DNA of 64,000 nucleotides from Clostridia bacterium (GCA_045615705.1 JAZLFH010000059.1:1499-65498), one strand, 5' to 3'. Numbered from the stretch's first letter, positions 1-8,698 are shown. Notes: generated from the letters alone by a model not told the origin. A program made the numbers and translations.

Positions 1-716
1 AGCACCTCACTGTCGCTTGTATTTTTTTTGTCCTTTACAAACTTTATCTCGAAATTTTTCTCCATGCCACTGATGAAAAATTCGTCTATCGTGCCGTCAA
101 ATGATATTTTCCCTTCACTGAGCATCAAAACTCTGTCAAAAATCGGAAGAACATCTTTTATGTTGTGGATTGAAATAACTATCGTTTTCCCGCTTTTTTT
201 CAGTTTGGAAATAATCTCTGAAAGTTCTTCTTTCGTCCCTTTATCGAGTTCTGTAAAAGGCTCATCAAAAATGAATATGTCGGGGTCTGCGATTATTTCT
301 CCCAAAAGAGAAACCAGTTGCTTTTCTCCTCCTGAAATATTTAAAGCATCTTTTTTTAAAAGTGTTTCTTTTTTAAATCTGATTAACGAATTATCTAAGT
401 TTTCTTTGATTTTTGCACTTGAAAGTCCCGAGTTTTCTGCGTGAAAAACCAAATTATTTAAAACACTTCTCTTTAAAAATGCCATATTGGGGTTTTGAAA
501 AACAAATCCGCTCCTTTTAAAATTGCTGATTTTTATTCCTTCACTGCTTCCTTTGGGGAAAATCGTATCTGTCATACACCTTAAAAGTGTACTTTTCCCG
601 CTTCCGGACTTTCCGACTATTAAAACACACTCGCCTTTTTCTATTTTCAGATTTATATTTTTTAAAATCTTATCGCTGTCCGGGTACGAAAACGAAAAAT
701 CTTTAAATTCAATCAT
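1..716 (-). CDS. ecfA: ABC transporter ATP-binding protein, ECF/CbiO-type energy-coupling ATPase (N-terminal part; gene continues past window start)
   Basis: Minus-strand translation from the ATG at 716 gives MIEFKDFSFSYPDSDKILKNINLKIEKGECVLIVGKSGSGKSTLLRCM, with Walker A GKSGSGKST. Further in are the LSGGEKQ ABC signature and the IFIFDEP Walker B. The start overlaps the upstream gene's stop as ATGA. It is absent from the ORF track because it runs off the window edge. Confidence 0.8.
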   Translation of the reverse strand, partial: MIEFKDFSFSYPDSDKILKNINLKIEKGECVLIVGKSGSGKSTLLRCMTDTIFPKGSSEGIKISNFKRSGFVFQNPNMAFLKRSVLNNLVFHAENSGLSSAKIKENLDNSLIRFKKETLLKKDALNISGGEKQLVSLLGEIIADPDIFIFDEPFTELDKGTKEELSEIISKLKKSGKTIVISIHNIKDVLPIFDRVLMLSEGKISFDGTIDEFFISGMEKNFEIKFVKDKKNTSDSEV

Positions 717-1525
717 TCCTTCACCCCCAAAATCAGAGGAAGTGCATACAAAATTGCGGATAAAAACAGGCATAAAGCGTCAAATATCGAAAGGCTTATA
801 CTTTTTAAAACAAAAACATTATATTTAAGGCAAGAAAAACTAAACACAAATAATGTTACGGTCAAAAGTACGCTTAAACTTATAACGGCAATATCTTTTT
901 TACCGATATTGTAACCTATATAGTGCGTTTTTTTGTCATTCAGGTAGTCTTTGCTTCTTAAAACCACGCACATCTCCATTGCGTCCTCAATGGTCTTTGA
1001 CGAAAACGGTATTGCAAGACTGATTGCAAATATAAACCCTTTCTTTTTCTTTTTCAGGCTCATCAAATTGTAGTATTGTGAAGCATTTTTAATTATGGTT
1101 TGAAAAAACGAAAATGTTATATCAAAAAGAAGCGATACATTCGGAAACCTCTTTGAAAAAATATACGAAAGCCGTCCTTCTTCACTCATTTTTCCGATAA
1201 AAGAGAATACTTCTATTGATAAAAATACCAAAACTGCATTTTTTATTCCGTACAGTATTCCTTCAAGAGTTATCCTTCTTGAAAATATCTTAAAAAGTAC
1301 ATACCTCCCTCTCTCCACAAAAAAGGGCGTAAGAACTAAAAACATTACAAACAAAGGCAACGAAAAAACGAGCGATTCTCTAACCTTTTCTTTATAACAA
1401 CGAAGCCCTGTAAGAATTACCATAAAAATTGACATCAAAATAAATATCGGGCTGTCAAAAAAGAACAAAACCAAAAAGCACGATACTAAATATAAAAGTT
1501 CTGTTGTCGGATGCAGGTTTTTCAA
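713..1525 (-). CDS. ecfT: ECF transporter transmembrane (T) component, CbiQ/EcfT family
   Basis: The 270-aa polytopic membrane protein begins HPTTELLYLV..., like the DPRTKLL start of EcfT/CbiQ proteins. It is translationally coupled (ATGA) to the downstream ABC ATPase and overlaps the upstream lipoprotein gene's stop. Confidence 0.7.
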   Translation of the reverse strand: MKNLHPTTELLYLVSCFLVLFFFDSPIFILMSIFMVILTGLRCYKEKVRESLVFSLPLFVMFLVLTPFFVERGRYVLFKIFSRRITLEGILYGIKNAVLVFLSIEVFSFIGKMSEEGRLSYIFSKRFPNVSLLFDITFSFFQTIIKNASQYYNLMSLKKKKKGFIFAISLAIPFSSKTIEDAMEMCVVLRSKDYLNDKKTHYIGYNIGKKDIAVISLSVLLTVTLFVFSFSCLKYNVFVLKSISLSIFDALCLFLSAILYALPLILGVKE

Positions 1526-2064
1526 GGCTTGATTCCCTCTTCAAAGCAGTTTTCATAATAATGCCAGGTAAGTTTATCTTCTTTTTGCAATACGATTTCT
1601 CCGCAAGAGCGGTCAGAAGGTTTCTCATTTACAAAAAACAGCCATCCGCTCATCGGCCCCAAATCCATTTCATAAAAATCCCCTATTCCCTTTATGTACG
1701 GATTTTTTTCTCCTCCCGAATATTCAAAGAAAATGTTTTCTTTTTCAAGCACGATTTTTGTCAGTTCAAACGCCGTCATACCCTCTTTAAATTCCAAGTC
1801 CGTTTCAAGCATTACGCCATCGGGCGTTATAAACTTTATATAAACGCAGTTTTTATTTTCTTCTCGTTTTTCTTCTTCGGCAACTTCTCCTGCTTTTTGG
1901 GTGAATTCTTCCGTTTTTTCTTTAACACTTTCCTGTGAGTCTTCTGTTTTTACATCAAGTACTGTTTCTTCATTTATGAATTCTTTTTCTTCTGTCTTTA
2001 TTTGTTTTGCCGTGCAACCTGATAAAAGAAAAACTATCATTAAAAATGCTGCTAACCTTTTCAT
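1522..2064 (-). CDS. DUF4430 (transcobalamin-like beta-domain) lipoprotein
   Basis: The lipoprotein signal MKRLAAFLMIVFLLSGC has a GGAGGT ribosome-binding site 8 nt upstream. The C-terminal GPMSGWLFFVNEKP...GEIVLQKEDKLTWHYY segment matches the DUF4430 hallmark GW.y.VNG...dGD.v.w.Y. Confidence 0.75.
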   Translation of the reverse strand: MKRLAAFLMIVFLLSGCTAKQIKTEEKEFINEETVLDVKTEDSQESVKEKTEEFTQKAGEVAEEEKREENKNCVYIKFITPDGVMLETDLEFKEGMTAFELTKIVLEKENIFFEYSGGEKNPYIKGIGDFYEMDLGPMSGWLFFVNEKPSDRSCGEIVLQKEDKLTWHYYENCFEEGIKP

Positions 2065-4151
2065 CTTTCTAATACCTCCAAAGTTCTTATCAAAACCGTT
2101 ACGCACATTTCCCTGCTGACATTTTCAAGCGGTAAAAATTCTTTGTTATCTCCTTGCATTAATCTTAGTGAGTAAACAGTTTTTACGCTATCTTTTGCCC
2201 ACGATGAAACAATATCAAAATCTTTGATTATGTTTTCACCCTCAGACTTTAAGTTATATGCTCTGCAAATAATTACCGCCATCTGTTCACGAGTGATATA
2301 ACTTAAAGCCTCAAACTTGTTTTCTCCTACACCATCCATTATGCCGTATTTCTTGACTTTTTGCACGCTGTCATAATACCAGTCTGTTTTTTTCACATCG
2401 TCAAAAGGCTCTGTTTCTTCCTCCTCCAATTCAAGAACTCTGCACATTACAGTAGCAAATTCCGCTCTCGTCATTTTGCTTTTGGGGTTAAACTTTTGAT
2501 GGTCGCCCTCAATTAAGTTTCTTTCTTGTGCCTTTTTTACACTGTCTTTTGCCCAATCAGACACTTCGTTTTCGTCCAAAAAAGGCTCTGCTTCTTTTTT
2601 ATTTGTTCCTGTTATTTCTTTTTGTTCTTCCTTTACCTCCGTCCGGAAGCCTCCGCTTTGAGGACTGCTCTGTTTTTCAACGCTTATATAAAACGGCTCA
2701 CTCCTGACTATTGACGGATAAGACGATATGTTGTTTTTATAAACTTTTATTTCATAATCACCGGGTGTTAAAACAGAAATCTCGGCTTCTCCGTTTTTGT
2801 CGGTACTATATTTTTCACCGTTTATCTCTACTGTGGCATTTTCTATAAAAACTTCTTTTTCGGCATTGTCGTTCCAATCGTAATATGATGACGAAACCTT
2901 TACTGTAAACCTCTTTCCTGCTTTTACGGTATTCGGTGCCGAAATTTTAGGTATTAAAGTGTCCGGTTCAAACATTCCGTAATAAAGAAGAATGTAATCT
3001 CCGTCATTTACTTTTATAGAGTCTGCACTCTCAGATGCAGAAATGCCATTTACCAAGAACAGCCATCCGTCCCAACCTCCGAACTTTCCTGCAACTTCTC
3101 CGTTTATGCCCTTTATGTATGCTCCGTACTGACTTTTTTCTATATTGTATGATATATTTTCTCTGTCAAGTGCTTTTTTAATTGCATTTAAAACATTTAG
3201 TGAACCTTTAACTGTTACTTCCTCATTTAAAATGTTATCTTCTATACCCTCAATTCTGACTTTTACGGTTGCTTTTTCGCATTCAAACTGAGATTTCAGT
3301 CTTAAAAAGACACTTTTACCGCTTATTACATCTCCAAGTGCTATTAAACCTTGCTGTGTTGCCATCAAGTTGTTTTCTCCGCCCAACGCATAAGAAAATG
3401 AGCCGTCTTGTAATCTATATTCATACAATTTGTCCAGCAGTGTTTTTCCACCTTTTATAAAGTCAGGATCATCTAACTTACCGTAAGTAGAAAGAGCAGA
3501 AATTACCGTTTCAAGCGTATTTGAGTTTTCAACTCCCCAACTTTCAAATCCGCCGTCTTGCAGTTGGACTGATTTCAAGTAGTCTATTGCTCTATATACT
3601 ACATCGGTATACGGAGAGTCATAAAGTGCTAAAATAACCATTGCAGTCAGGTCTGTATCGGCACTGTCTTTGGTGTAGCCAAACCCACCGCCTTCTGCCT
3701 CAAACGACACTAAGTAAGAAAGTGCTTTTTCTCTTTGATACTCCTCTTTCGATGCATCAAGTGCCAGAATTGAGTATGCCTGGATATTTGGATATGCTCC
3801 GAACGCTCCTGTTTCTCTGTCCTGCTTTAACGAAAGTTCGTGTGCTAAATCTCTTTGCCAAATATCATGAACATTTTTTCCCTGTGCGATGAGCGAAAAG
3901 ATTGCTCCTGCATAATCTGTCGCACTTGAATTTTCGTTTATACTATCGCTTGTAAGCGTTGGAAGAGTATAGTTTTTAATATCTTTTTCCGCACCCCAAA
4001 GGGCTACTACATCCCACCAAGAAGTTAAGTCTGAATTTGTATCATAATAATTCAGTACATCTTGTATGAAGGTTGTTTCCTCGGCAAATGCGACAGTAGA
4101 GATTACCGTTACAATTATGATGAGTAGTGAGAGAACTCTTTTTAATTTCAT
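2061..4151 (-). CDS. S-layer-anchored transcobalamin-like cobalamin-binding surface protein (prenyltransferase-like alpha/alpha toroid + DUF4430 + Ig-like + SLH repeats)
   Basis: A signal peptide MKLKRVLSLLIIIVTVISTVAFA leads the protein. The N-terminal half has terpenoid-cyclase/prenyltransferase-like repeats (WWDVVALWG..., QRDLAHELSLKQDRETGAFGAYPNIQAYSILAL). The middle is a DUF4430 segment (GGWDGWLFLVNG...VNDGDYILLYYG). The C-terminus has SLH-type repeats (DVKKTDWYYDSVQKVKKYGIMDG...). It is the first gene after the putative B12 riboswitch. Confidence 0.75.
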   Translation of the reverse strand: MKLKRVLSLLIIIVTVISTVAFAEETTFIQDVLNYYDTNSDLTSWWDVVALWGAEKDIKNYTLPTLTSDSINENSSATDYAGAIFSLIAQGKNVHDIWQRDLAHELSLKQDRETGAFGAYPNIQAYSILALDASKEEYQREKALSYLVSFEAEGGGFGYTKDSADTDLTAMVILALYDSPYTDVVYRAIDYLKSVQLQDGGFESWGVENSNTLETVISALSTYGKLDDPDFIKGGKTLLDKLYEYRLQDGSFSYALGGENNLMATQQGLIALGDVISGKSVFLRLKSQFECEKATVKVRIEGIEDNILNEEVTVKGSLNVLNAIKKALDRENISYNIEKSQYGAYIKGINGEVAGKFGGWDGWLFLVNGISASESADSIKVNDGDYILLYYGMFEPDTLIPKISAPNTVKAGKRFTVKVSSSYYDWNDNAEKEVFIENATVEINGEKYSTDKNGEAEISVLTPGDYEIKVYKNNISSYPSIVRSEPFYISVEKQSSPQSGGFRTEVKEEQKEITGTNKKEAEPFLDENEVSDWAKDSVKKAQERNLIEGDHQKFNPKSKMTRAEFATVMCRVLELEEEETEPFDDVKKTDWYYDSVQKVKKYGIMDGVGENKFEALSYITREQMAVIICRAYNLKSEGENIIKDFDIVSSWAKDSVKTVYSLRLMQGDNKEFLPLENVSREMCVTVLIRTLEVLER

Positions 4152-4165
4152 AAAACCACATCCTC

Positions 4166-4335
4166 AAAAAAAATTAGCCGTCCCAAAGGCATGGAACGGC
4201 ATAAATGCAATAACTCTATTGCAAAAAACCACTCCGTCTCTCGCAGAGTATAAGGTCTTACTGTACAAAAAAGGCATTCCGACTATAACGGCAGCGGGAC
4301 TGTGTAGGATTTTCACCATTCTTTCCCTTTTTTGC
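4166..4335 (-). ncRNA. putative cobalamin (B12) riboswitch with intrinsic-terminator expression platform
   Basis: The minus-strand leader reads ...GGTGAAAATCCTACACAGTCCCGCTGCCGTTATAGTCGGAATGCC..., with GGTGAAAATCC and a B12-box-like AGTCGGAATGCC (plus 4273..4284). Next comes the hairpin GCCGUUCCAUGCCUUUGGGACGGC (plus 4177..4200) followed by CUAAUUUUUUUU, immediately 5' of the ATG at 4151. The B12-binding genes downstream fit this context. Confidence 0.5.
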
Positions 4336-4358
4336 AATACAATATTGACTTGTCCTTC

Positions 4359-4386
4359 ATTTTACCACTTAACTTTATTTTGTCAA
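4359..4386 (-). promoter_or_regulatory. sigma-A-type promoter for the riboswitch-controlled operon (TTGACA-16-TAAAAT)
   Basis: The minus strand reads TTGACAaaataaagttaagtggTAAAAT just upstream of the riboswitch-like leader. Confidence 0.4.
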
Positions 4387-4524
4387 GGTCTTTTTTTGTT
4401 TTTAGAAAGAATAAGAGATTTTAAAAAAAACTTGACTTTACTGTGGTAAAGTCCTAATATAATGTTACAATTTACAAACGAATTGATTTAATAAATAAAA
4501 ATGCCTCGAAATTTTTATTTATAA

Positions 4525-4923
4525 TTATTCCGAAGTATTTTTATTTAATTGATTATTGAAAACCAGTTTTATTTTTACCGGCTTGTTAAATTCTCTCGCA
4601 CTTTGTATCATATTTTTTGTCCCGGGGCTTTTCCCGTCCCAAAAACATATTACAAGGTCGCACTCCCGTGCCATTTTGCGATTTCTGATAGGTCCTGCAC
4701 TCTTTCCGAGCAGTTTCCAGTTGGCGTTATGCCTTATGATTTTTAAGTCATGCTCTTTTGCATACCTCTCACCGAGCATATCGGCTCCCGTACAGCCGCC
4801 CGAAAGTATCGTAATTGTATCGTCTTTGTAATCAGATAAAACTTCATCAATAAAATTCTTTGCACTGCTGTAATTATTGTAATTTCTAAGTCCTGCAACA
4901 ACCACTTTTATTTCCATACACAT
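4525..4923 (-). CDS. SLOG-superfamily (DprA/LOG-like Rossmann, DUF2493-like) protein
   Basis: The 132-aa protein has ILSGGCTGADMLGERYA...GPIRNRKMARECDLVICFWDGKSPGTKNMIQSAREFNKPV. A glycine-rich loop, the RNR motif and a C-terminal GT(K/S) segment are typical of DprA/Smf-like SLOG domains. It is a stand-alone gene. Confidence 0.5.
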   Translation of the reverse strand: MCMEIKVVVAGLRNYNNYSSAKNFIDEVLSDYKDDTITILSGGCTGADMLGERYAKEHDLKIIRHNANWKLLGKSAGPIRNRKMARECDLVICFWDGKSPGTKNMIQSAREFNKPVKIKLVFNNQLNKNTSE

Positions 4924-4989
4924 CTCCCGAAAAGATTATATCATTTAAAGGATACAAACGCAACAAAATTCACAAAAGGAGAATTTTAA

Positions 4990-5937
4990 ATGAACATCTC
5001 TCTTCTTGACAAAAACACTGTAACAATAGGTGATGTTGACCTTTCAATATTTGAAAGGTTGGGAAATGTTACCTACTATGATGCGGATTCAAATGACAGA
5101 CTGATAGAAAAAATTAAGTACAGCGATGCTATTTTAATAAACAAAGCAATAATAACAAAAGATGTCATTGATGCGTGCGAAAACTTGAAATTTATCGGGC
5201 TTTTTGCAACCGGTTACAACAATGTTGACTTAAAATACGCTAAAGAAAAAGGCATAGTTGTTTGCAATGCCCCAAACTACTCAACAGATTCTGTCGTTCA
5301 GCACATTTTTGCACTGCTTTTAGAACTTTCTACAAGTTGTCGCTTGTATGACAATTCAGTAAGAAACGGTGATTGGGTATTGAGTCCCACATTTTCATAC
5401 TTCCCGTTTCCCATAATTGAACTTTCACACAAAACCATGGGTGTGATAGGTTTCGGAAATATCGGTAAAAAAGTTTCATCTGTTGCAAAAGCCTTCGGAA
5501 TGAATGTTGTAATTTCCACAAGAACTGTCCCGAAAAACAGCGAATACACCTTTTTAAGCCGTGAAGAACTTTTTAAAGTAAGCGATGTTGTCGTTTTATG
5601 CTGTCCGTTAAACGATGACACAAAAAAACTAATTAACAAAAATACTCTTTCTCTTATGAAAAAAAGTGCTGTCCTCATCAATACATCAAGAGGTGGTGTA
5701 GTTGATGAAAACGCACTTTGTGATGCTTTAAAAAATAATAAAATTTTCGGTGCCGGTCTTGATGTTTTACAAGAAGAACCCATGAAGTCAAATTGCGTGT
5801 TAAAAGGACTTAAAAACTGCATCATAACTCCTCACACCGCATGGGCATCAAAAGAAGCAAGAGAAAGACTTGTAAAATTAGTTTACGATAACCTTTTAGG
5901 GTTTATCTCGGGAAACATTCAAAACCAAGTTAACTGA
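4990..5937 (+). CDS. D-isomer-specific 2-hydroxyacid dehydrogenase (glycerate/D-lactate dehydrogenase family)
   Basis: It has the NAD-binding GVIGFGNIGKKV motif, the family catalytic region (RGGVVDENAL...ITPHTAW) and 315 aa, with an AAAGGAG ribosome-binding site. Confidence 0.85.
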   Translation: MNISLLDKNTVTIGDVDLSIFERLGNVTYYDADSNDRLIEKIKYSDAILINKAIITKDVIDACENLKFIGLFATGYNNVDLKYAKEKGIVVCNAPNYSTDSVVQHIFALLLELSTSCRLYDNSVRNGDWVLSPTFSYFPFPIIELSHKTMGVIGFGNIGKKVSSVAKAFGMNVVISTRTVPKNSEYTFLSREELFKVSDVVVLCCPLNDDTKKLINKNTLSLMKKSAVLINTSRGGVVDENALCDALKNNKIFGAGLDVLQEEPMKSNCVLKGLKNCIITPHTAWASKEARERLVKLVYDNLLGFISGNIQNQVN

Positions 5938-5938
5938 C

Positions 5939-7507
5939 TTATTTTTCGACAATACAATGCACAAGGTAAGGCGATTGGGTATCCATCGCCTCTTTTGTTA
6001 CTTTAAAAAGAGTATCTAAGTCAAAAACTTTTTTTGATTCAACCCCAAACGCCTTTGAAACAAGAGAAAAGTCAGGGTTATCCAAAAGGTCAAAACCGCC
6101 ATCGTACTTGTCATCATACCTTTTAACATCACGAAGCATTTCAAAGCCTTTGTTATCTATCAAAAATATCTTCAAATCAAGACCGAGCGATTTTAATGTT
6201 GCCATCTCCTGCACGGTCATTTGAAATCCTCCGTCTCCCGTTATCAAAATAACTCTTTTATTAGTTGCCAAAGATACTCCTATGGCACACGGAAGACCAA
6301 ATCCCATCGTCCCGAGTCCGCCCGATGAGATAAAACTTCTCGGTTTTTCTACCTTTAAAAGCCTTGCAGCGTACATTTGATGCATCCCGACATCGGTTAC
6401 GATTATAGAATCTTTATTATATTTTGCAATTTCGTAAATTATTGCTTCCGTGCAGTAGTCCTTTTGCACATCATCTTTTTTTCTTTTTATAATTGATTTT
6501 GTAAAGTCTTCCCACGCATTTTCTTTTACGAGCGGTAAAAGTTCTTTTATAAATTCCTCTGTGTCTGCTAAAACGCCGAGTGTTACCGGCATATTCTTTT
6601 CAAGTTCCGCATCGTCAATATCAACATGAATTATATTTCTTCCTTTTGCGTATTCTTTCGGATTTTCAAAAACTCTTTCGCTGAATCTTGTGCCGAAAGC
6701 AATTAATGTATCGCACTCAAAAATGGCTTCGTTTGAAACGCTTCTGCCCCTGATTCCTGCCATTTGAACGGAATACGGAAGATTTTCGTCAACTGCACCT
6801 TTCCCCATAAGAGTTGTTGCTACCGGAACATTCATTTTATCAAGGAATTCTTTTAACACTCCGCTTAAAGATGCTTCAAGCGTTCCCCCGCCCAAAAGAA
6901 TACACGGTCTTTTTGAACTGTTGATAATCTTTGCAGCTTTTTTTGCCATGTCTGAAATGTCGCAAGATGTTGTTGTTTTATCATAGTTTTGAATTTTTTG
7001 ACTTTTTACTTCATCAACAAGTGCATTTTTTGTAATATCTATCAAAACAGGACCTTTTCTCCCGCTTGAAGCAATTTTAAAAGCCTGAGTCAATGCATTT
7101 TCTATCTCATCTGCACTTTTTACCAAAAATGTTGCCTTCGTAACAGGCGAAACAATCCCGGTAATGTCCGCTTCCTGGAATGCGTCTGTGCCGATATTTT
7201 TTGCTTCGGTCTGCCCCGTTATCGCAACAATCGGCGTAGAATCTATAAAGGCATCTGTAATCCCCGTTACAAGATTAGTAGCACCCGGTCCTGATGTAGC
7301 AATAACTACGCCGGTCTTTCCGGTAGCACGGGCATATCCTTGTGCCATGTGGATACATCCCTGCTCATGTCGTGCCAAAATGTGTTTTATCGCAGATTTA
7401 TGTATGCAATCGTAAAGAGGCATAACGGCATTACCCGGATATCCGAAAATTATATCCGAATTGTTTTTTAACAAAAATTGAATTATGCAGTCAGAACCTC
7501 TCACAAA
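5939..7507 (-). CDS. thiamine-diphosphate-dependent acetolactate synthase large-subunit-like enzyme
   Basis: It carries the TPP-enzyme N-terminal motif IFGYPGNAVMPLYD, the GPGATNL segment and a C-terminal GDGGFQM TPP-binding motif. The start is likely the GTG at 7507, which has a GGAGG ribosome-binding site 7 nt upstream. Confidence 0.8.
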   Translation of the reverse strand, partial: FVRGSDCIIQFLLKNNSDIIFGYPGNAVMPLYDCIHKSAIKHILARHEQGCIHMAQGYARATGKTGVVIATSGPGATNLVTGITDAFIDSTPIVAITGQTEAKNIGTDAFQEADITGIVSPVTKATFLVKSADEIENALTQAFKIASSGRKGPVLIDITKNALVDEVKSQKIQNYDKTTTSCDISDMAKKAAKIINSSKRPCILLGGGTLEASLSGVLKEFLDKMNVPVATTLMGKGAVDENLPYSVQMAGIRGRSVSNEAIFECDTLIAFGTRFSERVFENPKEYAKGRNIIHVDIDDAELEKNMPVTLGVLADTEEFIKELLPLVKENAWEDFTKSIIKRKKDDVQKDYCTEAIIYEIAKYNKDSIIVTDVGMHQMYAARLLKVEKPRSFISSGGLGTMGFGLPCAIGVSLATNKRVILITGDGGFQMTVQEMATLKSLGLDLKIFLIDNKGFEMLRDVKRYDDKYDGGFDLLDNPDFSLVSKAFGVESKKVFDLDTLFKVTKEAMDTQSPYLVHCIVEK

Positions 7508-7612
7508 ATCGCCTCCACACATTTTTTATTATATCAGTTTTTTTGTTTCAGTCAATAAAAAACTCTTTTATTGTCGCTTTAAGTGTGCTATAATTTTTAA
7601 GGAGGCGTTTAT

Positions 7613-8647
7613 ATGAAAAAAATACTTACAGCATTTATTATTACTCTATTGGTTGTCGCAATAATTATAGGCGGATTTTTCTTTGGCAGAAATATGTGGC
7701 ACAAAAGCAGTACAACAACGGAAGTTTTTAATCCTGCTGAAGAAATTGAAGCAGAAGAGACGGAAAAAGAGCCGACATGGTCTGACAACAGAATCATCGC
7801 CGTTATGATAGATAACGATAACAAAGACTCTCGCCCCCACGCAGGAATTGAAGATGCATTTTTATTATACGAAATGTATGTCGAAGGTTCTGCAACCCGT
7901 ATTATGGCACTGTTTAAGGATGCAAATACCGAAAAAATCGGCCCCGTCCGTTCGTGCCGTCATTACTTTTTAGACTATGCAATGGATAACGGTGCAATCT
8001 ATGCTCACTGCGGACAAAGTCCCAACGGGCAAAAGGATTTGACGGCGTTTCAAATAAATAACATAAACGGTCTTTACTATGACGGAACAGTATTTTGGAG
8101 AGAACGAAAGTATAAAGGCGATTGGCATTCTCTCTATACGAGTATCAAAAACCTTACAAAGTGTGCCGAGGATAAAGGGTATAATTTAAAAAGCAGCGAC
8201 AGAGCGTTTTCTTACTACTTCCCCGAAAAGAAATTTGAAGGTCGCTCTGCAACAGAAATTGTTCTTCCCTATGCAAGTTTTTATGCCGTCAGTTACAAAT
8301 ACAACGAAGAAACAAACCTGTACGAAAGATACATAAATTCCGAAAAACACACAACACAAGCCGGAAAAGATTTAAAAGCAAGACAAATTATTATTCAGTT
8401 TGCAAAGAGTTACCCGATAGCGGGCGATACAAGTAACAGAATTCAACTTGAAACAGTAGGAAGCGGAGACGGATTCTTTATCTCGGACGGCGTTTGTGTT
8501 CCTATCAAGTGGCAAAGACAGTCAAGAACAAGCAAACTCAAATTCACCTTTGAAAACGGTGAGGAAGTTAAATTAAACTACGGCGGACAAACCTATGTAA
8601 ATGTCGTTTCGCCTTCGATGAATGTTTCAATTAAAGGCGAAGAATAA
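7613..8647 (+). CDS. DUF3048 family membrane-anchored protein (YerB-like)
   Basis: An N-terminal signal anchor is followed by the conserved block IIAVMIDNDNKDSRPHAGIEDAFLLYEMYVEGSATRIMALF, which is typical of DUF3048. Confidence 0.65.
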   Translation: MKKILTAFIITLLVVAIIIGGFFFGRNMWHKSSTTTEVFNPAEEIEAEETEKEPTWSDNRIIAVMIDNDNKDSRPHAGIEDAFLLYEMYVEGSATRIMALFKDANTEKIGPVRSCRHYFLDYAMDNGAIYAHCGQSPNGQKDLTAFQINNINGLYYDGTVFWRERKYKGDWHSLYTSIKNLTKCAEDKGYNLKSSDRAFSYYFPEKKFEGRSATEIVLPYASFYAVSYKYNEETNLYERYINSEKHTTQAGKDLKARQIIIQFAKSYPIAGDTSNRIQLETVGSGDGFFISDGVCVPIKWQRQSRTSKLKFTFENGEEVKLNYGGQTYVNVVSPSMNVSIKGEE

Positions 8648-8658
8648 ACCCTAAATTA

Positions 8659-8698
8659 AAAGGGATGTAAAAACAGTCGTTTTTACATCCCTTTTTTT
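8659..8698. terminator. intrinsic terminator between convergent genes
   Basis: AAAGGGATGTAAAAAC-AGTC-GTTTTTACATCCCTTT is followed by a T-run. Confidence 0.6.

Noticed and set aside
28-444. Plus-strand ORF (138 aa, low-complexity, S/F/I-rich)
   Set aside because: It is the antisense shadow of the minus-strand ABC ATPase gene, which has clear Walker A/B motifs and an ABC signature. The plus-strand product has no motifs.
523-828. Plus-strand 101-aa ORF
   Set aside because: It overlaps the ecfA 5' end and ecfT 3' end in antisense and has no ribosome-binding site or domain.
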